The position numbers and the translations under genes are program-made. A stretch of 63,911 bases of DNA, counting the filler, from Licmophora abbreviata (lineage: Eukaryota), in the NCBI GenBank assembly GCA_900291995.1. It is 19 parts of 19 records of this genome, joined end to end, with 100 filler letters (N's around TTAATTAATTAA, not from the genome) between each part and the next. Parts side by side here need not be neighbours in the genome. Positions count along the whole stretch, not along the records: positions 61,314 to 62,406 come from OLMU01005009.1; positions 62,507 to 63,911 come from OLMU01005015.1; 17 more parts are not named here. The stretch is one strand, 5' to 3'. The notes under the pieces were generated by a model. The model made no database searches. It was not told the DNA's origin and saw only the letters and a list, made by a program, of their open reading frames with translations. Positions 61,708-63,911 of this stretch are shown here, piece by piece (position 1 is the first letter of the stretch; every line of letters begins with the position of its first letter).

Positions 61708-62406
61708 AACGGTTCGCAGCCCTTTACGCCATGATCGACCAGACCACCAAGACCACCCGCAAGGTGGATGCGCTCGCCGAGTATTTCCGCACCGCGCCCG
61801 AAGAGGACCGGCTCTGGACCATGGCGCTGTTCTCGGGGCGCCGACCGCGGCGCGCGATCACCACCACGCGGCTCAGGGAATGGGCCGCAGATCGCGCCGG
61901 TATCCCGCTTTGGCTGTTCGAGGAGAGCTATCCGATCGTCGGTGATCTCGCCGAGACCATCGCCCTTGTCCTCCCCGCCCCAACGGCCACCCATGCCAAC
62001 AGCCTGACCGACTGGATCACCCGGCTGAGGGCGCTTGATGATGCAGACGACACGGCGCGCAAGAGCGCCGTTCTGGATGCATGGGACCGGATGGAGGCGA
62101 CCGAGCGACTGGTGTTCAACAAACTGTTGACCGGCGGGTTCCGGGTGGGGGTGAGCCGCAAGTTGATGACCCGGGCACTGGCGCAGGCGACCGGGCGCGA
62201 CGAGGCCGATCTCGCGCATCGTCTGATGGGGGACTGGACGCCCGACACGACCACATATCGCGATCTGATCGAAGCCCCAGATGCCGCGGCAGAGGCCCCG
62301 CGCCCCTATCCGTTCTGCCTTGCGCATGGCCTTGACGGGGCCGCGCCGGACAGCCTTGGATCCAACGGCGATTGGTATGCGGAGTGGAAATGGGATGGCA
62401 TCCGGG
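61704..62406 (+). CDS. ATP-dependent DNA ligase, N-terminal part
   Basis: VGDLAETIAL, KLLTGGFRVGVS, PYPFCLA, motif I EWKWDGIR; start overlaps the exonuclease stop. Confidence 0.92.
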
Positions 62407-62506
62407 NNNNNNNNNNNNNNNNNNNNNNNNNNNNNNNNNNNNNNNNNNNNTTAATTAATTAANNNNNNNNNNNNNNNNNNNNNNNNNNNNNNNNNNNNNN
62501 NNNNNN

Positions 62507-63241
62507 TGAGCTTCTGGCCGCCCTGCAGATTGTGGAGCGCGGTCTGGCCCCGGCTGGGACGCTGAGAAGCAGTTGGGCCGGGGCGCTTGGGCAGCCGCAA
62601 TTCATGCCCTCGAATGTTCTGGAGCATGCCGCGGATGGCGACGGGGACCGGCGGGCCGATATCTGGGCTTCGGAGGCCGACACGATCGCCTCGATCGCCA
62701 ATTATCTGGCGCGGCATGGCTGGCAGGCGGGGCGCGACTGGGGGTTCGAGGTGGTGGTTCCCGGCACGGTGTCCTGCGCGCTGGAGGGGCCGGACCAGGG
62801 GCGCCGGATCGCCGATTGGGCCGCTGCAGGCGTGCGGCGGGTATCGGGTAAACCCTTCCCTGATAATGAAAAAACAAAGACGGCTTTCTGATGATGCCGG
62901 CCGGGCGGCACGGGCCGGCCTTTGTCGTCACGCCCAATTTCTATGTCTTGAAGGACTATAACATGAGCGATCTCTATGCGCTTTACGTGGGTCACGTGGG
63001 CGACAGGATCGCCTATGGCATGGGAGATTTCGAGGGGCGCTGGCGCGATCCGGGGCGGCTGATGCGGTCGGATATCGCACGGATGCAGCAAAGCCTTGTG
63101 GGGCTGGGGCATGATGTCGGAGGGGTCGACGGGCTGCCGGGGTTCAAGACGCGGCGATCCATCGGGCGCTGGCAGGAGGCCACCGGACGGACCCCGACAT
63201 GCTTTCCGGACAGGGGGGTGATCGACGCGCTGGCGCGGTGA
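62507..63241 (+). CDS. Lytic murein transglycosylase (MltB/SLT_2 + PG-binding), partial, with one frameshift in an A-run near 62870
   Basis: SSWAGALGQPQFMP, DGDGDRRADIW, SIANYL, NFYVLKDYN, DGLPGFKTR. Confidence 0.88.
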
Positions 63242-63286
63242 GTGCCGAATCACCCCCAAGCCCCTGATTAACGGCGAAAAACCCCG

Positions 63287-63330
63287 GTCGGTATCGCGTC
63301 GGCATCACGTCGGTATCGCGTCGGTATCGG
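63287..63330 (+). repeat. Four tandem 11-bp repeats (GTCGGTATCGC)
   Basis: GTCGGTATCGC GTCGGCATCAC GTCGGTATCGC GTCGGTATCGG. Confidence 0.8.
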
Positions 63331-63398
63331 GCACCGAAATGGGCAGGGTTAACAGGGCGTTCGCGAGGTTTGCGCGGACATCCGTACCAAACGCCGGA

Positions 63399-63911
63399 TC
63401 AGGTGTTGAAGAGGAAGTGCAGCACGTCGCCATCCTTGACGATATAGGCCTTGCCCTCGGCGCGCATCTTGCCAGCTTCCTTGGCGCCCTGTTCACCGTT
63501 GCAGGCGACGAAATCATCATAGGCGATGGTTTCGGCGCGGATGAAGCCCTTTTCGAAATCGCCGTGAATGACACCTGCGGCCTTGGGGGCGGAGGTGCCT
63601 GCGGGAATGGTCCAGGCGCGGGCCTCTTTCGGGCCGACGGTGAAATAGGTCTCGAGATGCAGAAGATCGTAGCCCGCGCGAATGAGACGGTCGAGACCGG
63701 CCTCGGTCAGGCCCATCTCGTCGAGGAACATCTCGGCCTCTTCGGCGTCGAGCTGGCTGATCTCTTCCTCGATGCGGGCGGAGATCACGACGCTGGCAGC
63801 ACCCTGTTCGGCGGCCATCTGTTCGACCCGTGCAGAGAAGGCGTTGCCGGTGGCGGCGCTGCCCTCATCGACGTTGCAGACATAGAGAATGGGCTTGGTC
63901 GTCAGAAGTTG
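63399..63911 (-). CDS. ychF: Redox-regulated ATPase YchF, C-terminal part (runs off window end)
   Basis: YFTVGPKEARAW, AAGVIHGDFEKGFIRAE, RAEGKAYIVKDGD. Confidence 0.96.
   Translation of the reverse strand, partial: QLLTTKPILYVCNVDEGSAATGNAFSARVEQMAAEQGAASVVISARIEEEISQLDAEEAEMFLDEMGLTEAGLDRLIRAGYDLLHLETYFTVGPKEARAWTIPAGTSAPKAAGVIHGDFEKGFIRAETIAYDDFVACNGEQGAKEAGKMRAEGKAYIVKDGDVLHFLFNT

Noticed and set aside
6083..62506. Eighteen copies of TTAATTAATTAA flanked by N-runs as a biological repeat or CtrA array
   Set aside because: Identical 100-bp six-frame-stop assembly spacer; ORFs ending XXX-LIN or XXX-N are artefacts
62865..62895. Phase-variable frameshift in the lytic transglycosylase
   Set aside because: One A is missing from a short A-run; homopolymer error is the simpler explanation in this draft, and reads would be needed to decide

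Overview
GC-rich alphaproteobacterial chromosome, with gene content and order typical of Rhodobacteraceae/Roseobacter group. It comes from a draft assembly: 19 short contigs joined by 18 artificial 100-bp spacers (N44-TTAATTAATTAA-N44). Contigs appear to be in true order, because many genes continue across spacers and two spacers hide short overlaps. Most content is housekeeping: glyQ/glyS/ppdK, trkH, folE2, metZ with a SAM-II riboswitch, ftsY, uvrD, pyc, hisBHAFE, cobTS, carD/fdxA, ychF, tRNA-Gly and tRNA-Tyr. The main accessory element is an AT-rich island at the tRNA-Tyr 3' end (17-bp att repeat, 41834-44179). It carries an AlpA gene and a stand-alone fused ABC-ATPase/TOPRIM gene, a candidate PARIS/OLD-like anti-phage system; no integrase is visible, but a gap interrupts the island. 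Other leads: a DUF1127 gene followed by six CCUCCUCCC (CcsR/cuckoo) hairpins; a 76-bp intergenic repeat with compensatory stem changes; a trypsin-fold pseudo-protease; an RHH regulator-glyoxalase-Tat-GMC module with a palindromic operator; a PD-(D/E)XK-like gene with a CtrA box; and an apparent PilM/GspL-PilP/GspC fusion. All calls are from motif recognition by eye; no searches were run.
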